64,000 bases of DNA from contig OZ316894.1 in assembly GCA_973895155.1 (NCBI GenBank), positions 8,828,234-8,892,233 on the forward strand, written 5' to 3'. The DNA is from Marsupella aquatica (lineage: Eukaryota; Plantae; Marchantiophyta). Shown here in pieces: positions 50,201 to 63,580 of this stretch. The first letter of the stretch is position 1. The number at the start of each line of letters is the position of its first letter. Below the pieces are notes generated by a model, which made no database searches, was not told where the DNA came from, and was given only the letters and a program-made list of their open reading frames with translations. The translations under genes were made by a program, and so were the position numbers.

Positions 50201-51415
50201 ACTAAAATTATGGAAAGCCAATAGATCTTTTAAAGCACAACCATCAGATCCTTGGAGATCTGCGAATCTTACTGCAGCTAAAGGCAGATTTAGTATCGTC
50301 AACCAATAACTACAGTAGAGGAGGTAAGATCTTGGGGATAAGTGAAAAATCACTGCAACCATCCATCTTTCGTCTTGGGCCCACTTTGTATCCAAAATGA
50401 CGCTTTAAAGTTCTATTCACCTGGTAGGTGAAGGGGCGCTATGGATCTAGCAGTAGATTTCCCTTGTTCCACTTTTTCCATAAACTGCCATCTTCATATT
50501 TATTGTTTTCATGGCCATAGGGCAGAAAAAAGTAATGTCCTGTGATGCATCGTATTCTGTTTGGCTTGGAGACTGTAGGAGTTTGCAGTCTTTGATGTAT
50601 AATTGGTTTTTCAGACTTTGGCGTCACAGGTTAACATTTGTTATTTTAAAAGTAAAAGTTATTCCATTTGAACCCCACTTATGTGTCTGCTGTGCCCCAA
50701 ATGTGTCTCTTGTGTCTGCTAAGTGTTTGCAAAAATCTAGCTCCCAAATTTACCCTTTGTCTTGCAAAAGTCAGCGGTCCCTAAACTTTACCCTTCCCTG
50801 AGTACGTCGAGGCAAAACCGAGGGCGAAACACAAAGAACTTCTGCGCTGAGGGTGCTGAGTGCAGGTACCGTAAGAACCCTAGACATGAATTGCGACTCA
50901 CCCTCAAGGATCTTGTGTGTGCTTAACAGGTGAACACACCAGAGCATCAGAAGCACTCATACATTTCTTGCAGGAAGGAAAACTGGACTCATGAACAGAG
51001 TGCCAGCTAAACCAACCAAAGTACCAGCTAAACCAACCAGAAACCACCTGGTCCCGGTAAGACACCTCCTTACAGGTCACTTTAGAACCATAAATGAGAC
51101 ATACGGTGACCACATTTATGGCTCTACCCAGGGATGTGACAGGGACCAGACCAGGAGCCACAGAAAGGGTTAACTTGTTTCCATACTTTTGCAGCTGGCC
51201 ATTAAAAATTTCCAAGCCAAAATGTTTTCTCAACCTACTTTTGCCAGTATTTTGAGGAGACCTAGCCAAACCAAGTGGTTGCAGCCAATGTCAACAGCAA
51301 TTTGCAGTGACCTGGCCAAAACAAGTGTTCAGGGCCCGTATGAAGGGAAAACACTATTTTCTGTTTCAAGCTAGCTTCTCTCAAATTCTTTCCCATTTCC
51401 CCAAGCTGCATGATT

Positions 51416-51720
51416 AGGGGGTCTCAAAATTAGGGCCGGGTCATCCTGCCGTGGAATGATCCTCATGTCCGTAAGGGTGACCGCAGGCTCATTTCACGGG
51501 CCTGGATTTTGTTGGGTTTTAACTTTTTGATGCACCGGGATACCAGTGCTCCGCTCTCCCATCAAAAAACCACACAGTGGCATGTGTGCTCGTAAAAAAA
51601 CTCCGTGGTGACAGTGTGCAGACCTGCCCTGGGGGCTGCCGCACACCTTTACGGCCACGTCCGCCCGAACCTAACTCGGACTGCCGGGAAACAAACCCCG
51701 GCCTATATTTGAGTCCCCCT
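51416..51720. mobile_element. 305-bp MITE with ~24-bp TIRs and an ATT target-site duplication
   Basis: Left AGGGGGTCTCAAAATTAGGGCCGGG; the right end reads as reverse complement AGGGGGACTCAAATATAGGCCGGG. Flanks are ATT (51413-15) and ATT (51721-23). Confidence 0.88.
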
Positions 51721-54700
51721 ATTTTGTGTGAAATTAAACAATGACCACAACTATTGTTGGACAGCTCCAAACAAGCTGTCGCTTTTCTGGTTCATACTCG
51801 AGACAGACAGGGTCGTGTTTGTGAAATATTTTCTGTTGGACGGCAAAGGGACATCGTCCGTTGTGAAGCCGTGCAGCTCGTTGCCGATGACAGATTCAAC
51901 TTTCCTGTATTGAAGCGGGGCGAAAATCGAGGAGGACCGAATGAATTGCGGAGCTTAATGAGAGATTTGAGGGACTGGTTGCGCAAATCGAATTGTTCGA
52001 GGTGGAGTCTCTCACCACACTCTGCTGGAAATTCACGTACGGTGGGGTACTATTTGTTGTACAGTACTACAGTAGTCTTTGCAGAAGAAGAACTGAAGAA
52101 GGCGTTGAGTTCGTGTGAGAGAGAAGGAGAGAGCGAATTGAATGATGGACTGCTTTGTTTTGTACAGCAGAGTGTGCTCTAGTTTACAGTACAACAAAAG
52201 CCAGGAGCATTCCGTGTCTTCGGGATGGCAAAATCCTACATTGTTGGTCTACCATATTTCCTGCTTGTCCTTCTTGTTACCGTATGAGAATTTAATGCAT
52301 TCCTCTTCCCTCCTCCTTTCGCCCGACTCTCGAGTCTTCCTTAAATGGGCTGCTATTATTGCTCGATGCCGCTGTGAAGGGTGAATGAGATTGAATGATG
52401 TCCCGGCAGTGGACTAATTGGTACTCGCGGCGTGATTGCCTGGATTCAGTGGATTGCCTGCTGGCTAACTGGCTCGTTTGGCTGTTGGGGAAGAGTTGAC
52501 TGGAGAAGAAAGCAACGAGAGTGAGTCTAGCGTTTGTTTGCCATCATCATTCGCCCGTCAATTGTCATTGACGACATTTCTCCCTCTCTAGACTCTCTGC
52601 TTCAAATTGCGGCGCCGCAGTGAATGAGGGCTGTCTCACTGTCTGGCCCAGAAATCCAGTCTGGAAACTGTTGCCCAAGGGCCACATGAGAGAAACCAGC
52701 TCTGCATGATTTGTCTCTCCTCTGTACACATTTATGGAGGTCGGGGTGATGCTGGATTATATTACTTAGGTGCTCTGAATGAACGGGGTTACCGAGGGTG
52801 GGCTCTGTTGTCACAGCCTGCTGAACCCAATTTTAAATTTACCATGATTTCTGGCTTTGCTTGGCTGAAGCTTTCTTGCACAGAATTGGGGCGGATTTCT
52901 TTTGTTTCCCTTCGTTAAACAGTACTACTGCGGAAGCGTGGAGTGCCATGAAACAGTGAGAGGAGAAACGATGTGAGCGGCAAGGGAGACGGGCAGAGAA
53001 CCGGAGAAGAGAGAGAGTGGAGGTGCGGAGCGCGTCATCGGTTCGTAAGAAGCTGTTGAACTACCAGCGTTCTTAAATTTGTGGGTTCGTGTTTGGATCA
53101 TTGCGGGTCGGTGCCGCTCGGCTCGAGCTTCGATGGAAGCCGTGAGAGACCTGGCTCTTCTTCCGATGGTGATAAGTTCTTTCGGATTGTCGGGATTTGG
53201 TCCAAAACAGTAACGAGAGGTAGGGAATCAATCGGCACATGTATGTTCCTAGGCAGCGCCGAACTTCTGCTCAAGTCGTATAGTCTCGGGAAGTGTTCTG
53301 ATGAACTAAGAAGCAGCTGTTTCTTGTCCAAAACATCTAAAATACAAAATTGGAAGGATGCTTCCTAATGTTCCGCTTCCACTGGTAGCATTTCGATAAA
53401 CCCCACTTGCATGTATGCATGTGCAGTCGAGTGGTCGGTTTCGAGCGATTGTAAGCTTGCAGCTTCTTGTGTTTAGAGCAATGGCAGTTTCTTCTCCTCG
53501 TTATGGGTGTGCCTAGTGCAGGGCGTTCTGGGGAGGGACTTTTCCGTTCGTTCTATCTCCTTTCCTTTCTCAGCGTCGGCTGAACCTCGAATATCAGCAG
53601 TCATCTGTCTCTCTAGCTTAAAGTCTCATGGCTCTTGTTCAAAAGAGGAACTAATGAATGTCTTTTCCCATGAAGCTCGGGAATTGAACTCCACTACACA
53701 CAAGGCTCGCAGAGTTTTCTCCGCGTCTCGTCGGTTAGGGTCTAGCACAATCGGGCCTGATCTTTGCCGTTCGTCTGCTTTTTGGAATCTTTCCATTGCA
53801 TGCCTTTTTTTTTCTCTAAGGGGGAGTTTCTGCATGGCTGCATTTCACTCGAGGTCGAGCCCTCTCAGTGCTTGAGATGCGGGTGGCAGCATGCTTTCTC
53901 TGTTAATCTATTTTATTAACGACGTGGTCAGACCTGTTGACTGCGTGTAATTTGCCCTCCGGGTGTGATTGCTCTTAGATTGTTCGTGCTCTTTTCGAGA
54001 ACGAGTATGACAGCACTCTTTCCTGCTGTCCTTGCTAAGTGTGTCCCTGTCAAAGAGCTAGAAATGCCCCAGTCGGCTTGATCTGACTACCATGCAAGCT
54101 TCGTTGCTCGAGATGCTTCCCGTCCTGTCCAACGTACCCTTCGTGAGGCAGGCACTGATTCAGACTACGAATCAATGTTCTTCTGACGTTTCTTGGCAGC
54201 CATTGAACGTAACGTTACAAAGAAGAGTGCTGCCTTCACCGTGAGCAATCCCATGTATGTCCTGATATCTTAGTAGTCACAGGGCAACTATGCCATAGCA
54301 TCCTAGCACAAAAACGGCCTCTCCTCAATTGAAGTACAGTAGTATAGCGATGTCTTTTTTGCCCTCCCAATTGCTACATTGCTGCGTACAGCTGAAGCAA
54401 ACTTTAGCGGAGGAAACATTGTTCCTGTCTCCAATCCCCATCGATTTGTTTAAACCTCTTTCGGTCATCATCGGAATTCGCAGAGCGAACAGGCAGAGTC
54501 CCTCGGCTTGAGGTCAGCAGCCACACAGTCATGGATTCAAATGTTGTCTTTACTGGAAGCTGAACTGTCGATACTAAGCAGTGGCATTTGCCGAAGGGTG
54601 AGTCAACTTCCTATCACACCCAGTCTTCGCTCCTCAAGCTTCGTCTATCGTCTATCAGTCTCCGTTTGGCATGACGGACGTGAATGCCATTTCCCAACCA

Positions 54701-55852
54701 AAGCATCCTATTCGGTGATCCGCCGTAGAGCGAGCGTTAACCTGTGCTCTTATCAATCAATAAAATTATGGGCTGAGGGTTTGCACAACATAATTATGAA
54801 GCAACCGGGAGCCGACTTGCTGAGTCCCATTCTTTCAGGTCCGCCAGAGTTGAACAGTACCCAACTCCCTAGCTTTTAGCCGACATTAATGATGTTCGTT
54901 GGGCACTGTTTTGAGGAGCGAGGTGAAAATGTTCGACGAATATTTTCGCATCAACGATAGTCTCAGTGTAGGTTCGATGGAGAAAGAGTTTTGACTATGG
55001 ACGTACTGCTGGACACTGTTCCCAGTTAGAGCAATTATAGATTCTGATTTTCAGCAACCAGGTGCCCCCAGTGACCGCCATACAATTTGATCGCTTGGGA
55101 GAGGAGAAAGACAATTCTATTACTCGTACCTATTTAGAATTCCCCGAGACTCACCCGCACTGAGACATGGTGCCGGGTTCGCATTACGTCTCCTTACTGA
55201 GGGCTCGTGGATCAGCGACGTAAGGGGCCTCCAATGCTTCTTTTGTGGGGAAATTGAGCGGGTTAGTGAAACAGAGAAATTTTGCGACTGCCTCAGAGGT
55301 TGAGCTTTGGCAACATGAACTTTGCTGCAGCTAATTAGGTGGAGATGCTGAGTACCTTGCTGTTGTTCTAAGTTCCATTCTTGCTTGCAGCTTCCTTCCC
55401 ATATTCGTGGATACCATTGTCGGTGCGTGTCCGTCAATTGAGTTGAAGAATCACTTTAAACAATTCTTCGAAGTGGCGGGGCCAGACAGTCGAGGTACGT
55501 TTACCCTTTCAACTGGATGTGATGTGATTTAATTATGCCTCGAATTGACTAGATTCGCGTAAGATTCACATTTCTGTGTAGTGTTTGGAAAGATTGAAAA
55601 TTCTACTTCTGGGTTAAATTCAGATTTCGGAGAGTGCATCATGCGTGTGTGACTAGATTCGATAATAAGATTGACATTTCTGTGTAGTGCTTGGAAAGAT
55701 TTGAAGATTCCATTTATGTTGTTCAATTCCAATTTCGGAGGGTCCGTTGAATGTTCTTCGGGGTTGTTGTGCTCACTTGTTCTAGCTAAGGTGGATCTGA
55801 TGCAATTTGTTGCAGATACACAACTCAGGCCTTGGATCGCCTGCAATTAGGC

Positions 55853-57292
55853 ATGGTACTTCGAAATTTGGGCCGGGGGACTAGCTTCGGATCAGGAAGC
55901 AATCACAGTGGATCGTATGAAACTCTCTTTCGGATACCTCTAGTGATCATTGGAGTATCTGCTCTGGCAACCACCCTGCTGCTCGGCTCCTTCTTATGGG
56001 GATTTGGTAACGATTGCAAAAGCTCACTCTTGCGCGTACATCGAGATTCTTGTCGAATACATCGTGTTCATTGAAAATTCGAGTATGTCTGTTTGCACTA
56101 GGAGAACTTGTACAAGCGGGTTTGCATTCCGTGGTTGGTAATAGTCAGCCTAGCAATAAAGTTTGATTTGAGCATTGGATTGCAGTCTCCAGGAGAAATA
56201 AAAACAACAAACCAATTCCTACACCCTTCGCTGATCTTTACCCTCGTGCAAGCCACAAGTAAGAACTTGTCCGTTCAATTGTGACACTAGCCCAGTAATA
56301 ATTTCTGTTTGTGTGGCTGTTGTTTTGTTTCTAAATTTGTGAGCTTCACAGTGCGATTTGGTCACTTTCAGTAATTTTAACGTGCGTAATTGTTCATCAG
56401 GCCAAACACGGTTGTTGCACTGCGCGAGTTTGCCAAGCCAATTCCATCCTCTTCTCCGAAGGTTGCTGATTATGACAATAATAAAAAATTCTTCGACACC
56501 CTGGTGTTTGATGCTGAACAGGGCTATGCACAGGTCTAAGCATCGCCTTTTACCCTGTGTTAGTTTGTCGTCAACTATTTGATACCCAATTTCAGGACTT
56601 CAATCCAGAGACCAAACGTTACATCTGCTTGTCCGTCTTTGTGAACTTGTTGTCGGAGATCATGAAGCGTACTCATATATACTAGTATACAAACTGTCTT
56701 CCAGGTTCTTGAAGAGGCACGATCACATGCTGCTGCTACCCGAAAGAAGACGTCAAACACACCGTCGCCAGTCAAAGTCGCTCCCACCTTCAACGATTCC
56801 AAACACGCACGGCTGCCTCGGTCATCGAGTGCCCGTCGTCACAATTTCTTGGATGATGTGGAAGCGGTGATTGCACAGAATCAGTCTGTAGGAGGTCAAC
56901 GGTTCAAGTCTTCAAAATCCTGGAAGAAGTTGCTCTTTTGGAAGCGATCGAAGACGACTAACCAATTCGAGTTCGATATCAACGGTGCTGTCCACAGCAG
57001 TTGCTCGACGCCCTTGCACTATATGTTCAAGTCCTCGAAGACTAGGGTGACTGTGGCTCCCACCACTCCAACCAATACAGCCAAGAGGCCTACTCCAAGA
57101 TCAAATTCAGGCCCATTGTATACTGATGGAAGTCCATTAACACCCACCAGGACCAGTAGGTCTTTTTCAGGCCCTCTCAGTGGTTCTTCGACTCCTAATC
57201 GGGATGGCATATTCGAATCACCTTACACGCCTCTGAGGAGGCCTAGCAGCACTCCCAAATTGTTGCCTTCTGGACCTCTGTATGTAATCTGA
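55853..57292 (+). CDS. Plant protein of unknown function (315 aa), Ser/Pro/Thr-rich, with an N-terminal transmembrane helix; exons 55853-56006, 56186-56258, 56401-56533, 56705-57292
   Basis: The exons sum to 948 nt (316 codons) with consistent phases. The motifs FDAEQGYAQVLEEAR, SWKKLLFWKR, SGPLY, SGPLSG, SPYTPL and terminal SGPLYVI* resemble a plant-specific uncharacterised family as I recall it. Hydrophobic IPLVIIGVSALATTLLLGSFLWGFV is followed by basic SRRNK. The last exon is the most secure. Confidence 0.75.
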
Positions 57293-58500
57293 TTTGAATG
57301 GCTGACTACACTGATTAGAAAGCAGATTCTGAAACCAGCAGACCTTCTAATGTGCGATTCCGATTTCAAAATTGTGGCATGAGTATGTCCATGGAGAAAA
57401 ACACATTTAGAACTCCCATTTCTGATGAACTCTGTTTCATCTGCCAGCCTGCACATGATTAGGCATTCCCTTTGATTGCAGAGTTGGGGACAGGCTGTTC
57501 TTCGTAGGGCGAGAATTTGATGAAATAATGTGCATTAGCGTATGTTGTGACTTGTTCTACTTGGAAGCGCTTAATTGCACAGGGTAGCAGAGCCACATGA
57601 GAATCCAGAACTTCGTGACCCTCGATTTGTTTCCACCAAGGACTGAAGAACATAGATATACTCGTTTCGGTTGTATACCGAGCCAGTGAAGACAGATTTT
57701 CTTCTAAATGGTAAGACTAGGCCAGGGCTAGGAAATTTCTAATCTAAACAGAGCTGTGCAGAAGTGCCCTATGAACCCATTTGGGTCAATACGCCAACAT
57801 CATTTGACATAATCATAGTTTAATTGTCTGAGGAAAAGGCTGATGTACGATTGTGAAGTGTACCCCTTTTGAACATCTTACCTTGCAATTGCTGAATCAT
57901 ACAGCACACAATTCCTCCAGATTCAGATGTCACCACTTAATCATAAGGACCTGACCTATGACATGTCCAGTCGATGACGTTCTTTCAAAGGCTTCGTCTT
58001 CGTGTGCAACAAAGCCAATTGCATTAGTTCAGTCCAGTGCCAAGTTGAATATCTTGTTATCTGCTTCGGATAAGAGTTCAAAAGTTTTCTCTCCTAGAGA
58101 CTTGTCGGCGCATGAACTCTCTTGACAATTGCTTTTGTTGAATTGCAATTAACTTTTGAGACCAAATAAAATTCTGATTGCTGTGGAGGATGGGAAGTTG
58201 GTGATGATAAGAGTCTGTCTGTCGAACTACCAGATCTTGTGTCGGTCCGCCCGATGGACAACGCTGGCAATACACGAGAATGAGAGGGTCGCCACGATAA
58301 AAGCATGTTCGACTGCCCGTGCAAATGTATTATCAAGGCTTCGGTCAGGGTACCTTCTGATATGCTACGAGTAAACTTATGGCCACTGGTAACGATCGAT
58401 CGATCACATACCCTGTTCCAATTCTTTTGGATATAAAATGTCCGGGTCAATAAAGCAACTGGTCATAGGAGAGATAACAGATTCATCCTACTGTTATTGG

Positions 58501-58960
58501 CCATTAGCCAGATTATTATTATTACACATCACACTGCCAAAAAGACAAACTTCCATTAGCCAAATTATTATCATATATATATCACACGAAACGCCAGACC
58601 AACAGAAACGTCAAACCAAGAGATTGTTATTACGTATCACATTGCCAAAAACACAGGAAAACCAGAGATTATTATATCTATCACACTGCCAAAAACCGGG
58701 ATACAGGATCCCAAAGGCCAAAAAACCTAAGAAAGGGAAGATTGCAGTTCCCAAAGGCCAAAAAACCCAAGAAAGGGAAGATGCAGTTCGCGTATGGAAA
58801 TGCTAAACCGGAAACAGGGGATTTGTATAGTGAAAGGAAAGACGAGTAGAAGAATTCATAAAACCCAATAAAGGGAAGGATTACAGTTCGCGTATGGAAA
58901 GTGCAAAACCGGGGACAGGGGATTTGTATGGTGAAAGGAAAGATGAGTAGCAGAAATTCA
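58501..58960. repeat. Composite tandem-repeat tract (ttattatta..tcacactgccaaaaa units, ~40-bp cccaaaggccaaaaaacc.aagaaagggaagat units and ~98-bp units)
   Basis: Directly visible nested duplications at 58501-58700, 58710-58790 and 58762-58960. Confidence 0.8.
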
Positions 58961-61299
58961 GTTCTTGTATTGTAAATGCTGACAGTCCGCGATTACGTCA
59001 GACGAAGTCGGGTCTCCCGCAGCAGGGTAACTAGGCCCACGTGTAAGCCATGAGTTGGACACTAAGTAGTGCACGAATTCGCATCGAGATGGGTGCCATC
59101 AATCATCCAATTTGTCCGTTACTTCTGGGGAGTGATAGACACATTGTTTGTAGCTGAAGAAGAATTCTATCTAGAAAGATAGATGTCAACACTCATACAG
59201 AAGTGTTTTCCTTGTAGCACAAGCAACTTGTCCATTACTCTTTCCAGAACGAGTGATGGATTACTCTCTCCAGAACGAGTAATGGACGTATAGTTCATTG
59301 CACAAGGAAAATTCTATCTATTGCCGTAGATATAATGTTGTTATTCAACCAGTAGAAATTCCTTTGTGCTATGGACAATTTGTTCATTACTCTTTCCAAA
59401 GGGTGAGGGACGCACACAGTGTTCATGGCTCAATGACATTTCTACTGTATGAACACTGAGCGGTGTCCTGTAATTCTGCCGAAAACATTCAAATGGATCT
59501 GCAAGCCTACCCTCCACAAAAGCTCATCTCCAAGGAGCATAACTTACTACAATGCCCAGTGGGCGGGGAAACAAGACACTTTCAAATTAGTCATGCCCAC
59601 AAGAATGGACTAAATTGAGGACCTGCCCCAGACGAGGAAGCTCCACAGACAGATCTTGGGAGATGTAAGACTACACCAAAACATTTGCTGTGACCGCCAA
59701 TTCAAAGACATCCTCCTTCAACGCAGAGGCCTAATCTCCAGCCTGCTGCAACACGGGAGACAGACCTTTTCTTCAAAGGGAGACAGACGTTCCTATGTAG
59801 GGTTTTGGAGACTGAACACATACTGCCATTTCTACGAAAAAGCAAAGAGTTAAAACCCAACCAGAGACATCATGAACATGCGAAAGACTTTTGCAAGGAG
59901 TAAGGCTGGAAGTCGTCTGAACGGCAAAGAAGCCTCACCCGTTCTCTGTCGATCCCAACAAGCGTCAATGTGTAGGCAATGCACGCACTCTTCTTCTTTC
60001 TCTTCTTCTTCTCATTCATTCCCCTTGCACTCTCTTCTCTCGTGTTCCATATCTGGGAGCAGGTTTCGACAGTAGCAGAGTGAGGAAATTACAAAGAGCA
60101 TCTTGTGGACGTGAGTGGAATGCAAAGGGTTCAGCGAGGAGAGATGAAATGCAGATGGGGAAGAAAATCGAGCACTGACGGGACCTCAACAGCACAACCA
60201 TAAACTAGGAGTTTCCAGACATCGCCTTCCTTCTCTGGAATCTCTCAGCAGCTACGGAGATGAGCACCGACGCTCCTCTACAAGAGTGGTTCCACTCTCC
60301 GCCCAACATGAACATTGGCCGATGTTTATGGTTTTAGGGCTCTAGACAAATTTCGCTAGACAAGTTACTCTTATTAGATTCTAAATAATTCTGGCACACT
60401 CCTCTATTAATGTTTTAATCTTGTTATGCCAGAGCTCTCCTTTCCCAGTGCATTTAGATTTGAATACATGCCTTACTCTTTGTAAGCATGGTATTTTGAC
60501 CCCTATATGGCCAATCCATCTTTCATTATTTTGTCTTTCTAAGATTTGATGTTCTGTATTTTATTTTCAATGTGGAATAGCAAGGGTCATCATTAGATTC
60601 ATAATTATTCTGGCACCTCTGTGAATGTTCTTAATCTTGCTATCCATTATTATTTAGATTCTAAACTATTCTGGCAACCCCCTTGATGTGCACAAGTTTT
60701 GATTGATTTGAGTATCATTAGGGCAAGTCAAAATATAAACCTTATGTGCACAACTTTTCCCCTACTGGTAATCACACATAAAAATGTGGCTGCATTCATT
60801 GATTGAAAGGAAAAAAAACTAGGTTTGTCACGGTATGCAGGTGTCGCACACTGTATATGTCATATTTTGATATGCAGTTACCGAAACCCCAACTTTTCAA
60901 GACTTGTGGACTTATTTTTTCCACTTCATTATGTGAAATGTACTTTATCAGGCATGCGCTGTACTTTTAATTTTGTATTATATCCTTACTCAATTACTCA
61001 TTTCTACTCAATTTTCAAAATTTTACAAATTTAAAATCCTGGCGGCTTGATGAGAAATGATTTTTATGTCACCATTCGATTGGCCAAAAGCACTTCCGGG
61101 CGTACCTTCCACAAAATGGTTTTATAGTCAACATTTGATTGGCCTTAAACACCTCCCGGCATACCCTCCACCTTGCCATCTGTACCTCCCATCTGCACCT
61201 CGCCATCTGTGCCTCCCACTGGCTGATCGTGCAACAACAGACATTGGGCTCTTGTGTTTTAAAAAAGTGTTTCGAGGCAAAAGAAATGTGATGGATATG

Positions 61300-61900
61300 T
61301 TGCCTCATCAATGAAAGCCCAGCTATCTTCCACTCACTACAGGCAAATGTCATTCATGTGATATGACCAAAAGGATTTTCAGCAGCCCCCATAAATTGCG
61401 TAAGCTTTAATGAAGGCAACTTGGACGATGGATGGTACCCCAACATAATACCTTTGCTTCAGAAAACCATTTCTATGAGTGGGAGCTGAAAATGAATTAA
61501 CAATTAAGGAGAGTGCTATTGCAAAGGAAGATGTATAATAGGGAATTGGACGCTGGAATGGTAGATTATAAACAAACTCAACAGCTTTCCAAAACATGTA
61601 CTGACGATAAATGACTCGCGTCTTTCGCTCAAACGGTAGGCAAGGAGATCAAATTCCTCAAGTTGGTAGCGAAGGATAGCTTGGATCACCATCCAGGCCA
61701 CCTCGTCTCGGCAGAGAAATTGGATTTATGCTTTGTGCCTAAGCGTCCATGGATTGAAGTTCCAGGAATGCCTCATTAATGTTCTGGACTCTGGTTTGGT
61801 TAGCAACATACTCTATGTTGTGTGTGCCTACGAGTCCATGGATTGAGGTACCAAGACTGCCTCGGTAAAGGCCTGTGCTCTGGTGCTCTGGCCCCCTACT
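61300..61900 (-). pseudogene. Possible degenerate Ulp1/C48-protease-like remnant of a DNA transposon
   Basis: Joining frames gives ...LDGD/VIQAILRYQLEEF...ESFIVSTC/FWK..., reminiscent of the Ulp1 WLxDxVI...FI.ST.F motif. There are many stops and frameshifts, and catalytic residues cannot be confirmed. Confidence 0.3.
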
Positions 61901-63580
61901 TGACTTGCATGTCGGAGCCAAGAGGACCCATGTTCGGCATTCATTCCCTGAGCTTTAAGAGAGGAAACTTGCATTTCAATTCGTGAAACTGACATTGTAA
62001 CTCCCAAGAACCTAATAATGATCTGTGGATGTTACTGTATAACATCCTACTGTTCGCCCTCTGGACAGTTACCGAGACTCTGGGGAACGGAGAGTTGAAA
62101 AAGATAAAAATCAATTCAAGGACAATTCAGTACGAAATGAAAGTTGGTTATGTCCATTCATGCTGGAACAAGGAATGTGAGACAGGCAAAACAACTTGCA
62201 GAATGTACCCGCGGATGGAGTGAGTTGCTACACACAGTAGTCGAAATATTGGGTAAGAACTTACGAACTAAGCGCTCAAGGTCATAGAAAGGATTTGTTC
62301 AATGTCCTGTGGGGTCCTGGATGCAAGCCCGGTGAAACCCTGTAAACTTAACGAATTGACCAGCAAACCAAAATGCATCCGCGTTAAGACGATCTAGAAT
62401 GTCTGAGTTTGAAGCAGGAGAACGGCTCAATTGTACACAGTCAAAATGGATAAACCTCTGAAATTGTAAAAAACCTCCATCCCACAGCCCAATCAAAATA
62501 AGGAACACAGGATTGCTCAATATTTGATTTGCGGTCCCATACATAGTGGGAGGAAAGATCATACCCTCCTAGGTCCTGAAGGTAGTTAAAACATTTTAAA
62601 CCATCCCCGATGTCAAGTAAAGAATCCTCTGTATGACCTAAAACAAAGAAAGGAGGAAATTCCCTGTTTGGCGTAGGAAAGGTTGCCTCCAGTGTTGGTA
62701 CTACCAACACACAACGTATATTTTCTCATCATATATTTGGCATTTGTGAAACCACAGGATTAGAACCTTGCGGAATGACACATCTGCAGGCAAATGCACG
62801 ATAGGCACACCAAGGAAACAGGGCCCATAGAATGTTTCTAATCTTTTAGTACCAGAACCGTTTAGAAAAACCCACATTCATGAAGCCATTTGACATACTA
62901 CGAAGCATGAGACTTGCAATGGAATGCGACCAGCAATACTGTAGTGAGACGGTCTGGAAATCAAGAGTGATTTGAATCTCATGGATCCAAAATTCCGTTG
63001 GACAAAAGAATGGAAATCTGAACAAGTCAGCCAGTTGGAACAGTCAACATTTGTCCACCTTGACCTGAGCAATCAATCTGATCAGTGCACTTAACTTCTG
63101 TAGCCCGCTCCATGGATAGGATAACAACAAACCCACAAACCCGCATGGTCTGTAAGGAGCAGCTTCAGCTTTGCATTCTAAAACTCTTGCTTGGGAAGAC
63201 CGTACACCAACTTGAACAGCACTGATCTCAACTAAACAATTTAAGGTACCTATGCCTAAATGTACAGGTCAAACTGGACTCAGTCAGTGCTCCAGGTTTC
63301 TTTCTGTTGACTCTTAATTATATAACGCTAAAGTTTAATCTGTGGACGGATGAATGAATAAATTGACTCCCCTCTGACGTTAATCTGCGGGAGCACATCC
63401 CGATCGTTTTGGTAGGCTCCCAGAGGACATTGTTTTCTCGCAAAACTTTGAGATATTATTCTGAATTCATCTGAAAACATGAGCTTACAAAGCCACATTT
63501 AGATGAAGCAGACTTTGCTAGGAGATAAGCAATGGTCACCAGATGCTAGCAAATAATATCAAGTTGACATCTCCTTTTCT

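Noticed and set aside
53005-53025. agaagagagagag resembling miR529/miR156
   Set aside because: The 3' part does not match and no complementary arm was found; it is a simple GA tract.
53081-53875. Several 70-120-aa ORFs on both strands
   Set aside because: No family motifs or splice support; probably non-coding sequence upstream of the gene at 55853.
59014-59035. cccgcagcagggtaactag as a Helitron 3' end
   Set aside because: The hairpin is too short and CTAG is not followed by T; no 5' TC end was identified.
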